Assembly: GCF_006345805.1 (NCBI RefSeq)
Contig: NC_043016.1
Location: forward strand, 25,420,001 to 25,484,000
Source of the DNA: Octopus sinensis
Lineage: Eukaryota
DNA: 64,000 nucleotides
Direction: 5' to 3'
Shown here: positions 24,195-38,220 of the stretch, in pieces
Position numbering within the stretch: the first letter of the stretch is position 1
How the letters are laid out: each line of letters opens with the position of its first letter
Notes under the pieces: generated by a model
What the model was told of the DNA's origin: nothing
The model's database searches: none
Seen by the model: only the letters and a program-made list of their open reading frames with translations
Program-made: the position numbers and the translations under genes

Positions 24195-24283
24195 TATTAT
24201 TATTATTATTATTATTATTATTATCATCATCATCGTCATCATCATCATCATCATCATCGTTATCATCATCATCATCATCATCA

Positions 24284-24320
<37 letters not shown>
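24195..24320. repeat. (ATT)n(ATC)n(ATT)n microsatellite
   Basis: Direct reading. Confidence 0.95.
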
Positions 24321-24321
<1 letters not shown>

Positions 24322-24324
24322 GCA

Positions 24325-24550
24325 AAGGTGGCAAGCTGCAGACTCATTAGCACATTGGATAAGATGCTTAGCAGCCTTTCGTTTGGCTTTTTTAATTTCT
24401 GAGTTCAAATGCTGCAGAAGATAGCTTTGCCATTCATAGTTTTGAAGTTGATAAAATAAAATACCAGTCAAGTACCAAGGTCAATGTAATCAACTAACCC
24501 CCACCACTTTCCCAAAATTTCTATAAATGTACCTATAGTCAAAAGGATTA
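24325..24550 (+). mobile_element. SINE family B (diverged)
   Basis: ggtggcaagctg...gagttcaaat...gataaaataaaataccag. Confidence 0.7.
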
Positions 24551-24551
24551 T

Positions 24552-26350
24552 TATGTTCGGCTTTTGCTCTGTATTTGTACAAGTTGACTCCCAAGTCTCA
24601 CCCAGAAACCTCAAGAGACAAGTTATAAGTCCAAGTTAGTATTATGACTAGGGTGTCATATATTTGTTTTTGCACAGAGTATTGTTCTCGAGAACGTCTG
24701 TCAAAACAAAAGTAAATTAGAAGTTTGTTTTAAAAGTAATTTGATTATAAGATGATAGTGTGATGTTAAGATGACAGCAAAAGGTGTTTGCTGTTATGTA
24801 CATTTAAAAGTATTTTTCACGATGTTTACAGATTAAAATGTTTGGGGGATTGCATAGACAATACTTTACGTAGGATATGGGCAATTCCCACGAGCACTAT
24901 TTTTTTAATTTCTTCCATTTTTGGATTTCCTGGTATATGAGCTAGGTAGCAATCAGCCCCTTTTGCTATCATTCTTAGGGCCCGCCCCTATAACAACAGG
25001 TATTGTTTTGCTCATGCAGTTCTACATTTTGCCAATTTCTATTTTAAGATCTTTATACTTGCTCAGTCTTTGGTAGGTCTTGACATATACATTTATGTTG
25101 ATTGGGACACTCATATCGATGAGAAGTCATGATTTTTGTCCTTCAATATAATGTCTGTGTTATTTGCATTTATCTTTCTGTCAGTTTGAATGGTGAAGTT
25201 CCAAATGTGTGAGATGTGGTCATTTTCAAGCACTGACAGTAGTTTGTGTTCCCACCAGTTTTTATCATGGGGCAGGTCCAGGTTTTTGCAAATTACCCAG
25301 TGAATCTAATGTGCTGCTCTATTATGCCTGTTGAGATACTCTGTAGACACAAGAAAACTGCACACAGAGACAAAATTATCAATGGTTTCATTTTGTTGTT
25401 TACATATATGATATGTTGGGCTATTGCTGTTCTTTAAGCTGTTGGCAACTATGATAAACCCTTCTGTCTCTGATTTTAAGCTAGAAGACACTAACCATTG
25501 ATGGGTAAGGGCTTTGTCAACATTGGCCTTAATAGTTCTCTTTGGGTGTTTGCCATTAAGAGGCTTTCCTTGCCATTTATCAGTAAGAATATCTAAAGCA
25601 GCAGTTTTAGCATGGGTTTTCATATGCTTAGCTTTCTCTGTGCTTGTTTCCAGTATGTCTAATTCTGGGATTTTTTGCATATGGAATTTACTTAGATATT
25701 TCTTTGTCTGATTTGTTACTAAGTATAATGTTTTTTTGTTTTTTATGCTTTAAAACAAGTTTTAAGATACAGTCATCAGAGTTTTTCAGGTAGGTGTTTA
25801 GGTCAATTGTGGCAATATTCATTGTTAATTCCAGTTGTAAAAGTCCATGGTCACCCTCTTTTCTTGGCAAGTAGAGTCATTCTATATCTGCCTTTGGGTG
25901 GTGCATTGTCAACAATTTTTGTATTTTTCTGTCAAGATTATAGATTTCAGTAATTGACAAGTGAATAATATTGAAACTGTAAATCCTGACTAGTATGGCT
26001 AAAGTGTTGATTGCTTTGATCCTGTATCTTGCATTCTGTTGTGTCTTGTGTATTGCCCTCACCCTGTGATAACACTCTTTTCTGATCTTTTTCCACATCA
26101 TTGACTGTTTGATTCCATCACCTTCAAATACCCCTACATATTTGTAGCTCTCTGCTGTTTCTAACTCCTTTATGACATTCTGTTGATCAAGATTAATGTT
26201 GGATGTTTCTATCATTTTTTCCCTGATAAAGGTAGCTTTTGCACATTTATTGAGGCCAAAGTCCATCCTGATGTCTAATCACTGAACTGTTTAACAGTTG
26301 CTAGTAAGTCCAGTACTTGTTGGTTATTTTTTACAAAGAGCTTTAAATCA
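24552..26350 (-). mobile_element. R4/Dong-clade non-LTR retrotransposon, 5'-truncated (RT end, CCHC, RLE endonuclease), degenerate
   Basis: Motifs FGLNKCA, YKYVG, HPKADIE-LYLPRKEG, LKSETEGFI, ETIDN..C..RHN, IQTDRKI..DI..LIDMSVP, KYKDL; TAA-type repeats at both ends. Confidence 0.85.
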
Positions 26351-26353
26351 TCC

Positions 26354-26411
<58 letters not shown>

Positions 26412-26435
26412 TATTATAATATTATTATTATCCTT

Positions 26436-26473
<38 letters not shown>

Positions 26474-27069
26474 CATCTCTGCCTTAACGACTGCAGAGGT
26501 ATTGTTTTCAATTATGTGTGTTTGTTTGTTTGTTCATGTACTTAGATATTTTAAGAAACACTGGATGGATTCAGATGAAACTTTCAGGGATGTTTGGCCT
26601 CGTGACTGGCACGAACTGATTAGATTTTGGGATCGATACAGTACCAGGCAAGGATTCTGGATTATTTGTTATATTTACTTTACTTTACATGAAGTATTAC
26701 AATCTTACATTCACTTTCAAGTCTTTCTCTAATTATCTCCCTTGAAGCATGCTCATAGTTTCCACTTAAGTTATGGTGGTGTTGCTGTTTCCAAAGTTTT
26801 ATTTTCGTTTCTCTATTATTAATTTTACCTGCCCTCTACTTAATAGAACTGATGGATAAAGAGATCAAACTACATAAACAAATGGCAGCAAAACCGTTCA
26901 GAAATTAAACAACACTAACATATTCGTAACAATAATAAATTTAATTTATCCTTGACAATTTTTACTTTTGCTAATTTTTAATATATCGCTCCTGTTAAAA
27001 ACCTCTTACCTACTTGACTATTGCATTTCTAGCTCTGTCTTGAAGGAAGCTTTATTTCTTGGACTCACG

Positions 27070-27240
27070 TTTTTGTGTGTGCACAGTGTTGTTAAACCTC
27101 TGTTAACAGCACTGCATGCAAGTCCTTTCTGTTTTGTTTCACGCATGGATAAATTTTTCACTATAGACCTTAATGGTCACAAAAACACTATATCAGTGGA
27201 TAGACTAAAAAGGCCTTCATAGAGAGAACTGTCCCTGTTC
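27070..27240 (+). mobile_element. Gypsy integrase C-terminal remnant
   Basis: VKPLLTALHASPF..SRMDKFFTIDLNGHKNTISVDRLK (GPY/F-module-like). Confidence 0.6.
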
Positions 27241-27377
27241 CCAATGTAGACAATACATACACAGCATTACAAACATGGCTCGCACACTCACCTTCACATT
27301 TTATGTCTACCATTGGGATCAATTAGGTACCAGACAAGGATTCTGGATTATTTTTCTGTTTTTTTTACTTCATTTTT

Positions 27378-27612
27378 CTATTTCTTTATTACCCACAAGA
27401 GGTTAAACACAGAGGGGACAAACAAGGACAGACACATGGATTAAGTTGATTACATCGACCCCCAGTGTGTAACTGGTACTTATTTAATTGACCTCGAAAG
27501 GATGAAAGGCAAAGTCGACCTCGGCGGAATTTGAACTCAGAACGTAGCGGCAGACAAAATACCGTTGAGCATTTCGACTGGCGTGCCAACGTTTCCGCTA
27601 GCTCGCCGCCTT
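27378..27612 (-). mobile_element. SINE family B, near-intact
   Basis: Reverse complement of 46329-46563. Confidence 0.9.
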
Positions 27613-27786
27613 GTTCTTTTTTTTTTTCATCATTTTTGAGAGTGGTTGGGTTCGTTTTTAGTATTCTTGTTTGTGAGAGTAGTCGAGTTTAATTCATATA
27701 TTCTCATTTTAAAAATTATCCCCTGCTAATCAGTGAGAGGACATTGATGTTGCCTCGGCAGAGGTTTGCTCTCTCTGAGTGCTCTT

Positions 27787-29245
<1,459 letters not shown>

Positions 29246-29289
29246 ATTGTTGTGAGAGTCACAACACCCCCTGTGAGAATAGACTGACT

Positions 29290-30098
29290 GAACGACTTTA
29301 AGTAGTAGCTCCCATTTGGCCTCAAGGTTGCACCTGCAATTTTTCATCAGGTTATGGCTGTGATGTTAGCAGACTGTAAATTTGCAATTCCATACCTGTA
29401 TGATGTATTAATTAAAAGGGAATCTCAGGATTAGCATGTTGAGCATGTAAAGTGTGCTTTTGAAAAAATAACAGATTACGGTTTCACACTGAGTGAGGAG
29501 AAATGTGAATTTTTTTCTTAAAATTAAGTATTTAGGACAAATTATTGATAGAAATGGAAGACAACCAGATTCCTTGACAGATGGAATTATAAAAAATATG
29601 TCTCCTCCAACGAATATAACGGCCTTACAAAGTTTTCTAGGTCTAGAAAATTATTATTAAAACTACATACCAATTTGAGAGCTCCACTGAATAATTTTCT
29701 AAAAAAAGGATGTAAAATGGAATTGGCAAAAAAATTGTCAAAATGCATTTGATGAAATTAAAATAATATTAATATCAGATTTGTCACTGGCTCATGATGT
29801 TCCTGACGCTTCTGAACACAGCATAGGAGCAGTAATGCTACACAAATATAAAGACGGTAATATGAAGGTGGTGGTTCATGTCTCACATTCTCTGAGAGCT
29901 GCAGAGAAAAACTATAGTCAAGTAGAGAAAGAAGCTTTTGCAATTATTTTTGCTATGAAGAAATTTCACAGATTTTAGGCTACAAACTGATCACCAACCA
30001 TTTTTACCAATTTGGGGGCTGAAGAGAGGAATTCTTATACATACTGCAAATAGATTGCAGCATTGGTCTACAACTTTAAGATGGAGTACATTCCTTCA
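29290..30098 (+). mobile_element. Gypsy/Ty3 pol remnant (RT-RNase H)
   Basis: LPFGLKVAPAIFHQ, YLYDVL (YxDD), EKCEF, KYLG, SFLGL, DASEHSIGAV, NYSQVEKEAFAIIFA, TDHQP; stops and frameshifts. Confidence 0.9.
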
Positions 30099-30099
30099 T

Positions 30100-30230
30100 G
30101 ATAGCAAAGGAGACTGGGCACCAGCTAGCCCAAAGGTTGGGGTGGGCTGCACCTGCCTGCCTCAGCTGCTTTGGCATTGAGGTAGATCCAGCCATCCCCA
30201 TTAATGGGGACAAAACCCACATTTAAGACA

Positions 30231-30262
<32 letters not shown>
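30100..30262 (+). mobile_element. 3' end of a second RTE-like LINE with (GAT)n tail
   Basis: ccccattaatgggg hairpin, then ctggatgatgat into (TA)n. Confidence 0.45.
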
Positions 30263-30263
<1 letters not shown>

Positions 30264-30424
30264 ATATATATGTATATATAATAATAATTTGAGGGAATGT
30301 TATTCCTAACTTACAGGGAAAAATTCAATTTAGAAATACTAAATCAAATTTCACAAAATATAATATATATATAAAAATTAGAAAAAACCACCTTTTATCA
30401 ATTCAAAATTATTATTATTATTAC

Positions 30425-30467
<43 letters not shown>

Positions 30468-30648
30468 TTATATTTAATATTTCTATTATATGTAATTTTC
30501 TAGATGGTGTAATTTAATTGTTCATTTTGAATTGATAAAAGGTGTTTTTTTTTCTAATTTTATATATGTATATATATATATATATATTGGTAAAAACGGT
30601 AAGATAACAAAAGAAGAGACCTCAATATTATGTAAATAGAGGAAATTT

Positions 30649-30852
30649 ATCTGTAAATTAATATGTGACAATTATTCAATAGCCAAGATAAAACTCTGAG
30701 TTTCGGATGCCGAAGTGGAAATCCACAACACCATCTCTTCAGTTATCTGGCCAGATTACCGAAGAGATAGTGTTGTGGATTTCCACTTCAGCATCCGAAA
30801 TTCAGAGTTTTATCTTGGCTATTGAATAATTGTCACATATTAATTTACAGAT
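30649..30852. repeat. 204-bp spacerless palindrome with a hammerhead motif in each arm
   Basis: 102-bp arms centred at 30750|30751, five mismatches counted. Confidence 0.95.
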
Positions 30853-31219
30853 GTATATATATATATATATATATATTAACAATATTAATAATAAGGATTA
30901 CTCTGAAGTTGCATAGCATTAGCTTTCATTCATTAATTTATATACCGTTTCACATAGACCAACATGTGTTTTATTTGCAACTATTAGTAAGAGTGTTTGC
31001 TTCAAGCATTGTAATATCAAAGAAGGTAAAAAGATTTTATTAAACTTTCTGCATTGTCAAAGCTTTCTATTTTTTCCCTTTTTACTTTCTAACTAATTAA
31101 TCCTCTGCCCTTGAGATTGATGGCCTTATGCCAACATTAGAAGCAATTAACCCTTTTTTACTATATTCCTCTCAGCATGCACTGACTTTAAGATTGAGAG
31201 AGAGATTCTGATATGTTGA

Positions 31220-31470
31220 TGATGATTATCATCATTTAATGTCTGTCTTCCATACTGGCATGGATTGGATGGTTTGACAGGAGCCAGCCAGGTAGAAGAC
31301 TACACCAGGCTTCTGCGTCTGTTTTGGCATGGTTTTTATAGCTGGGTACCGTTTCCTAATACCAACCACCCAGCAGAGTGGACTGAGTGTTTTTTTTTAC
31401 ATGGTATGAGCACAGGCGAGATCAGTTTTGGTATGATTTTTAAGACTGGATGCCTTCCTAAATGCCAACC
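31220..31470 (-). mobile_element. RTE 3' end (old)
   Basis: catcatcatttaatgtc...ccatactggcatggattgga. Confidence 0.65.
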
Positions 31471-31939
31471 ATATTGTTATCATTTATTTTTCAGAATGAT
31501 ACATCTTAGGGTTGGTGTGACAGGCAGAATCTGGTTTGGACATATAACTGGTAGAGTATTTAGGCCAAGCATTTTTGGATTGGATGTCCCATGTTCAGTC
31601 CACTGCAGCACAAGGGCCTCAACATATTCTCTCCACCAAAAAATAGCTTAAGATTATACTGGTTTGTTGAGCCTTTTCTTCCACACTGGCTTGACAGAAG
31701 GGCGCAGTTTTTATACCCAGGAGTAGTTATGTCAATTACATTGTGTCACTTAATTTTGTAAATTATGAAGTATGCTGTAAAATAACTTTGTCATTATTTG
31801 GAATACAAATTAAAATGAAATCTTGATAGAAAGTTTTAATTTAGATCCTTTTAAAACAGAATTTGTAACGTAGAAGCAAAGGCAGTTTCAGGTGGGTTGG
31901 TATCAAAAAGATTAACAGGAGTAAGGTGGAAAAAATCAT

Positions 31940-32335
31940 GAGCACAGGAGTGGCTGTGTGGTAAGTAGCTTGTTTACCAACCACATGGTTCCGGGTTCAG
32001 TCCCACTGCGTGGCACCTTAGGCAAGTGTCTTTTACTATAGCCTCAGGCCAACCAAAGCCTTGTGAGTGGATTTGGTAGACGGAAACTGAAAAGAAGCCC
32101 GTCGTATATATGTATATATATATATGTATGTGTGTGTGTTTGTCCCCCTAGCATTGCTTGACAACCGATGCTGGTGTGTTTACGTCCCCGTTACTTAGCG
32201 GTTCGTCAAAAGAGACCGATAGAATAAGTACTGGGCTTACAAAAGAATAAGTCCCGGAGTCGAGTTGCCCGATTAAAGGCGGTGCTCCAGCATGGCCACA
32301 GTCAAATGACTGAAACAAGTAAAAGAGTAAAAGAG
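31940..32335 (+). mobile_element. SINE family A, near-intact
   Basis: Colinear similarity to 766-1190. Confidence 0.9.
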
Positions 32336-32574
32336 CACATTGGACAAGATATTTAGCAGCATTTCTTCTTTTGTTCACCTCTGTTACTTCTTCGATGGCA
32401 GCCAGTTCGTTCCACTACTGGCCAAACTATCAACGAAGGCAGTATTACAGCTGCTGCAATGATAAGGAACAGCAGAAAGGCATGTGAGGAAAAACAGTAA
32501 GAAACACACAGCAACAACACTGCAATGAGAACAATAACAAGAACAACAGAAGTATAAACAACTGTGGCAGTATT

Positions 32575-32865
32575 ACCAAGAAGAAGGAGGAGGAGGATGA
32601 GAAGGAGAAGGAGAACAAGTGGAGGAGAAGGAAAACAAGTGGAGGAGAAGGAGAACAAGTGGAGGAGGAGGAGGAGAAGAAGGAAAACAAGGGAAGGAGG
32701 AGGAAGAGAAGAAGGGAGAGAATGAAGAAGAGGAGGAGGTTGGAAGACAACAACAATGGAAATTAATATTAAGATCCCTGTGAAACAGTTCTGTCACCAC
32801 CACCACCACCAACACCACCATCACCCCCACCCCCACCCCACCACCACCACCACCACCACCACAGA
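32575..32865. repeat. Purine-rich 20-bp minisatellite (gaacaagtggaggagaagga) and (CAC)n
   Basis: Direct reading. Confidence 0.85.
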
Positions 32866-33519
32866 CAAACAAACAAAAGCAACCCTCCTTCAAAAATGCT
32901 CAAAAACACTCTCACAAACCCACCTGTTTCCTTTTTCTCATGCTTTATGGACAGCAAAAACCTTTGAGTACCTTCGTCATCAGGATGAGGGCAAGGCAAG
33001 AGAATCTGTGTAACAAGAGACCGTTGCAGTTGGGAAGAGAGAAAAAAAAAAAAATAAAAAAGAGGAAAATAAGCAGCTTCCCCTTGGTGGAAACCAGAAG
33101 ATTTGGTACAGGTGGTGAATTACACACCAACATCAACACCACCATAACAACTGCCACCACCACCACCACAATGGCAACAGTGGTGTAAGCAAAAAATTAC
33201 AAATACAATACCTTTTCTGTTTCTCTATCCTATTCTCCCTTTCATATTCACCTTGTACCTTGACCTTATCTCTCTTTCTTTCCAGAGTGCAAAGACACCT
33301 GCTCCGGTTTCTCTATCATACTCACATATCCCTCTATACTATGCCTCTACTCATTTGAAGGGTCTTGTCTTGTAGGTACTTGGTGATATCACTGAGGTAG
33401 GTGCCACGAAAAAAAAAGTCACCCAGTACACACTGTAAAGTGGCTGGCATTTTGGAAGGGCATCCAACTGTAGAAACAATGTCAAAGCAAACATTAGAGC
33501 TTGGTGCTCAACCGATTTT

Positions 33520-34080
33520 TTTTTATATATTTCATTAACTCCAAAAGGATTAAAGGTAAAGTTGACCTTGGTGGGATTTGAACTCAGAATATAAAACCAA
33601 AAGAAATGCTGCTGAGCAATTTGTCCAATGCGCTGTTGATCCTGCCAGCTCACTGCCTTAGAGGTTAGTAAATAATTCTCTCCATTAAAGGCACATGACC
33701 TGAAATTTTGGAGGAGAGATTAGTCAATTACATCAACCCTAGTAATTAACTGGTACTTTATTTCATAGATCCCAAAATGATAAGGCAAAGCTGACCCTGA
33801 CAGAATTTGAACTTGAGTTGGAGGAAATGCTGCTTAGCATTTTTGTCTGGCACACTAGCAATTCTACCAGATAACCAATCTTTGTAGTAGTAAATAATAA
33901 GAACTTACAGTGGACACAGATGTGGCTGTGGTTAAGAAGTTTGGTTTCATCTCTTGACAACATGGTTTTAAGTTCAGTGCCACTGCATAGCACCTTAGGC
34001 AGGTGTATTTTTCAATATCGCCCCAGACCAACCAATGCTTTGGGAATGGATTTGGTAGACTGAAAGTGAATGTTGCGTGT
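33520..34080. mobile_element. Two SINE B copies (-) and a SINE A head (+, 33910-34080)
   Basis: Similarity to the family consensus seen in this window. Confidence 0.65.
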
Positions 34081-34109
34081 TGTATGTGAGTTATGTAATA
34101 TATATATTA

Positions 34110-34420
34110 CAGTATTATCAGTGCTAAGTAGAGTTTAGGTTAGTTAAAATATTTGTGACATATTTCAACTGCTAAAGACAAATTTACTGCAGTTGCCATG
34201 GAGGAAAAAATTCTCTCTTATGGTAAAAAAGGTGTAAAACACCATATCTGTCCAGTGCTGCCCTCTGTTGGAGGGCAGACATCGATGTCTCTAGCTCTTC
34301 AGCCATTATCAATGGAAAATACCAAAGAGAGATAACTCTGGTCAGATCTAATTAACTTTGTGGCTTTAACTAAAATGCAGTCAACAACATTGACTGATTT
34401 GTGCTGGTAGACTGCCATTA
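34110..34420. mobile_element. Family D copy
   Basis: Colinear with 3020-3310; contains the gacatcgatgtc palindrome. Confidence 0.65.
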
Positions 34421-34429
34421 CAAATGTCA

Positions 34430-34865
34430 TCAGGTTCTCATTGTCATCTACTATTTGACCAATGTGATCTGTGGAAATCTCTCTGTAGCAATTTATAAAG
34501 AAGCAGTGACAAGGAAGCTTGGGGAAGCTCTGGACATCAATGAAACAAAGTGGCTACTTCTGTTCCAGAGGTCCTTCAGACCAGGGACTACAATGAATAA
34601 CTTCCAAAAATCTTCAGACAAGCGAATATTTCTGAATATACTACTGGTTCAAAATAAGCTCTACAGGTATGAAAGTAATGAAAGACAGGCCGATCTGAGA
34701 TGTGTGTGGAATGATGAAACTGTTTTGCATGCAATCATTGTGGATTTTTGGAATTCTGTTGAACAGAAATGGATCTGGTTATTGGTCAAGTTCATCATAA
34801 TGATTGCCCCACTACTCTCCTTTAACCAGGCAAGGAAATCAGTTTTCTCTGCCTGGTGACTATAG
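34430..34865 (+). mobile_element. L1/Tx1-like ORF2 C-terminal remnant (degenerate CCHC: RC..NDETVLHA)
   Basis: ORF 34401-34859; similarity to 3565-3897. Confidence 0.5.
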
Positions 34866-35302
34866 ATTTGAGGATCGGCACTTTTCTCCTTGGTCAAGCT
34901 GTCCTAAAATTTTCAAGTTTCCCTATGAAAGGAAGATGAGGTTGAATAAGGGGTCCTGTTCTTAAGCGAATTTCATTGGATGGTCAGTGAGAGAGGCTGG
35001 GACCACCATAACTACATGCCTGTAGGTTGTAGAACAAAACTTGGTGAAGTCACTTGCCCTTGGTGTTCAGAGAGATCTTGGATCTGTAAAGTTCCTTGAT
35101 TGACCCAAATGAGATGTCAGCCAGTATAAAGAAGACTACAAGATCATTATACACTTTTTATTTGTATACCACAAATACTTATATTTCACACTTTTTGCTT
35201 TTTTTTTATAGTTGCTCATTCAGTTTTCTTTGTCAGCCTCAAAATTTTATGTCTGTTGTAAATTATTTTGTCCCTTTCATCCATTGCCCTGGTGGCAAAT
35301 AA

Positions 35303-35435
35303 ATCATCATCATCATCATCATCACCAGCACCAGCACCAGCACCACCATCACCACCACCACCACCACACCACCACCACCACCACCACCACCAATACCAAC
35401 ACCATCAACACCACCAACACCACCACCATCATCAC

Positions 35436-35487
<52 letters not shown>
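35303..35487. repeat. Compound (CAT)(CAC)(TAT) microsatellite
   Basis: Direct reading. Confidence 0.95.
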
Positions 35488-35902
35488 TGTTATCATACAG
35501 GAAATAATACAGAAATAACATGAGAAAAATTTATGTGACTGAAAAGGTTGAATGTTATCATTTAGAAAATTTTGCAACATTGCTCCAGTTTCACTGGAGC
35601 AATGATGCAAAATTACCTTTCCTGTTTGGCAAGTACGAGAAACGAAAAAGCATCAGGGTGAACTAGTACAGTCTGAGGAGGAGTGTTGGGGAGAGGAAGA
35701 GGAGGAGGGGGAGGAAGAAGAAGAAGAAGAAGAAGAAGAAGAAGAAGACTAATGCCACCACAACCACCACCACTACTGCAAGAACAACACCAACAATCAA
35801 CAGAAACAAACAATAAACAAATGAATGTTTAAGTTATGAAAGTAGTGAAGTCAACACATACATGGGTCTCCTTCCTGAAGATGACAAATTTGAAGTTGCT
35901 GT

Positions 35903-36248
35903 TGCTATTGTTTCTCCACTGGGGCCTATATGACTCCTGGATGTCCATATAAGATTTCTGGGGATCTGCGCAAGCCAAAATAGTAAACTGGGTACACACA
36001 GTAGTATATTAAGGGTCCATGAAATAATTTTGATTCTGATGTATTCATTGCATGAAACAACTAGGTTTATTTCCCAAATGCTTTCCATAGTCCAACCTAC
36101 ACAAGTTAATGTTTGAAAAACAAAATAGGAATTTTGACAGAAGTATTCTATAAAACTAGTTGTTAAACATTGAATAGCTAAGGGGGCCCACCAGAATAAA
36201 ATAGTAACCAAAGGGGTCTACAGGTAAGAAGTAGTTAAGACACGATCT
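35903..36248. mobile_element. Degenerate hAT-like MITE
   Basis: Eroded cagtg..tctc / gttaagacac termini and repeated ggggtcc subterminal motifs; no clear TSD. Confidence 0.4.
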
Positions 36249-36326
36249 AGATCAAAAGCTAACTTCATAAAAACCATTGACCAAAACCCACCACTCCATT
36301 TGTAGGTGTATACATACATATGCGTG

Positions 36327-36385
<59 letters not shown>

Positions 36386-37092
36386 TACAGATATAGGGTA
36401 AAGACTTATTAATTTAATAATTAATAAATTTTGCAAAGTAGTTTCGGTATGGAAAAAAACATTAGCGGTAAAAACTTATACAAAAATTTTTTTTTATATA
36501 GTTATAAATATAATTAAGGGTTTAGCAACAAGTTGCTTCACCACATACCGAAACTTTTAGAAATAGCAGCAAGGACAGCTAATTCTTTTAACTACAAATA
36601 TGACTCCGCAGACAAACAATATTTGTAACTTACATAGGTAAAAAAAGAAGAAAAAACAACGAAATCAAACACACACACACACACAACACCACACAACATA
36701 TATATCTATATATATATATATATATATATGCATGTATATAAAATACACAGAAATAATGGGTTATAAATACATTTATTTTTTATATTATTGGCTTATATAG
36801 ATAAATATATATAGCCCATTATTCCTGTTTGTTTTATGTATCACTCTGTAAAAATATATTATGTAAACAGGGTATTGGAACCAGGGATTTACTAATTTGA
36901 TGATGATGGACTTTGATTTGGATTATCTGGTGGGCAAGATCAATCACTAGATTTTTTTGTTAACCTGGTGCATCTTTATCTACAGAGAGCTTAAGAAGTA
37001 TTTCACTTAGATTACTAATTCCTTAGTAATCCCTTTCTTTTGATGTATATAATATATATATATATATATATCTATATATATATATATATATC

Positions 37093-37480
37093 AGGCATGG
37101 CTGTGTGGGAGCACATACTTGATTGTTTGGAGGTGCAGGCTTGGCTGTGTGGTAAGAAGCTTGCTTCCCAATCTCATGGTTCTGAGATCAGTCCTGCTGT
37201 GTGGTACCTTGGGTAAGTATTTTCTACTCAGGATGGCCAGAGCATTGTGAGTGGACTTGATAGACAGAAACCAAAAGAAGTGCTGTGTGTGTGTCTTTGT
37301 TTATCTTCCTCCCACCACCACCATCACTTGATGCTGGTGTGTTTATGTTCCTGTAACTTGATGGTTTGACAAAAGAGACCGATAGAATAAGTACCAGACT
37401 TTAAAAAAAAGTGCTGGTGTCGATATGTTTGGTTAAAAATGTTTCAAAGCAGAGCCCAACATGGCTGCAGTCTAGTGAAG
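37093..37480 (+). mobile_element. SINE family A with duplicated head
   Basis: ggctgtgtgg occurs twice (near 37099 and 37143). Confidence 0.75.
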
Positions 37481-37524
37481 TGCATTGTCTAATGGCAGGA
37501 GAGTCCATGATATATATACATGTA

Positions 37525-38215
37525 CATGAGTCCTGTGCTGGTGCTACGTAAAAAGCAGTCGAGCTGGCACCACATTAAAAGAACCCAGCACACACTGTAA
37601 AATGGTTGGCTTTAGAAAGGGCCTACAACTAGATGTCCTTCAGCTGTAGATACCTAGCTAAATTGGACTGGAACCTGGTGTAGCTCTCTGACTTTCCACC
37701 TCTGGTCAAACCATCCAACCCATGCCAGCATGGAAAACAGACGTTAAAGGATGATGCTGATGATGATGATAATATATAATGTAATAAAGACCTCTGTACT
37801 TAGCTTTTGTTGACATGGAGAAAACCTTTGAGAAGGTTTCCCACTCCCTTATCTGGTGTGCAATGCAGAAGCTAGGGAAAGATGTGTGGTACAGGGATGC
37901 TCCTCAGTAACATGGAAGTTAGCAATGGTTATAGCAATGCATTTAGTGTATAAGTAGGAGTTCACCAAGGATTGGCTCTTAGTCCCTTCTTATTCATCAT
38001 AATCCTCTAGGCAATAACAGAGGAATTTAATTCTAGCTGCCGTTGGGAGCTCCTCTCCACTCATGGTTTTTGTTCTTATTGCTGAGTCCTTACTAAAATT
38101 AGAGAAGAAATTTCAGATGTAGAAGCAAGGACTGGAATCAAAGAGTCCTACAGTTAATTTACAAAGACCGAAGCCTAGTAAGTAGTAAAGCAGACAAATT
38201 ACTAGACCCTACTTG
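37525..38215 (+). mobile_element. RTE 3' end (37525-37770) followed by an RTE RT fragment (37785-38215)
   Basis: (GAT)n tail; LYLAFVDMEK and GVHQGLALSPFLF. Confidence 0.8.
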
Positions 38216-38220
38216 ATATA

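Larger units (their letters stand above)
26472..27786 (+). mobile_element. Helentron/DINE-1-like non-autonomous element with internal insertions
   Basis: 5' tctctgcc..gcagagg hairpin, (GTTT)n, gatgaaactttcagg core, 3' cctcggcagaggtttgctctctctgagtgct; flanked by T-rich repeats. Confidence 0.6.

Noticed and set aside
29248-29266. tgttgtga-gag-tcacaaca hairpin resembling fused LTR ends before the Gypsy remnant
   Set aside because: Too short to distinguish from chance; no LTR, PBS or TSD found.
32378-32452. Possible minus-strand internal exon (cattgcag...agag|gtgaac)
   Set aside because: Weak donor site and an unrecognisable peptide.
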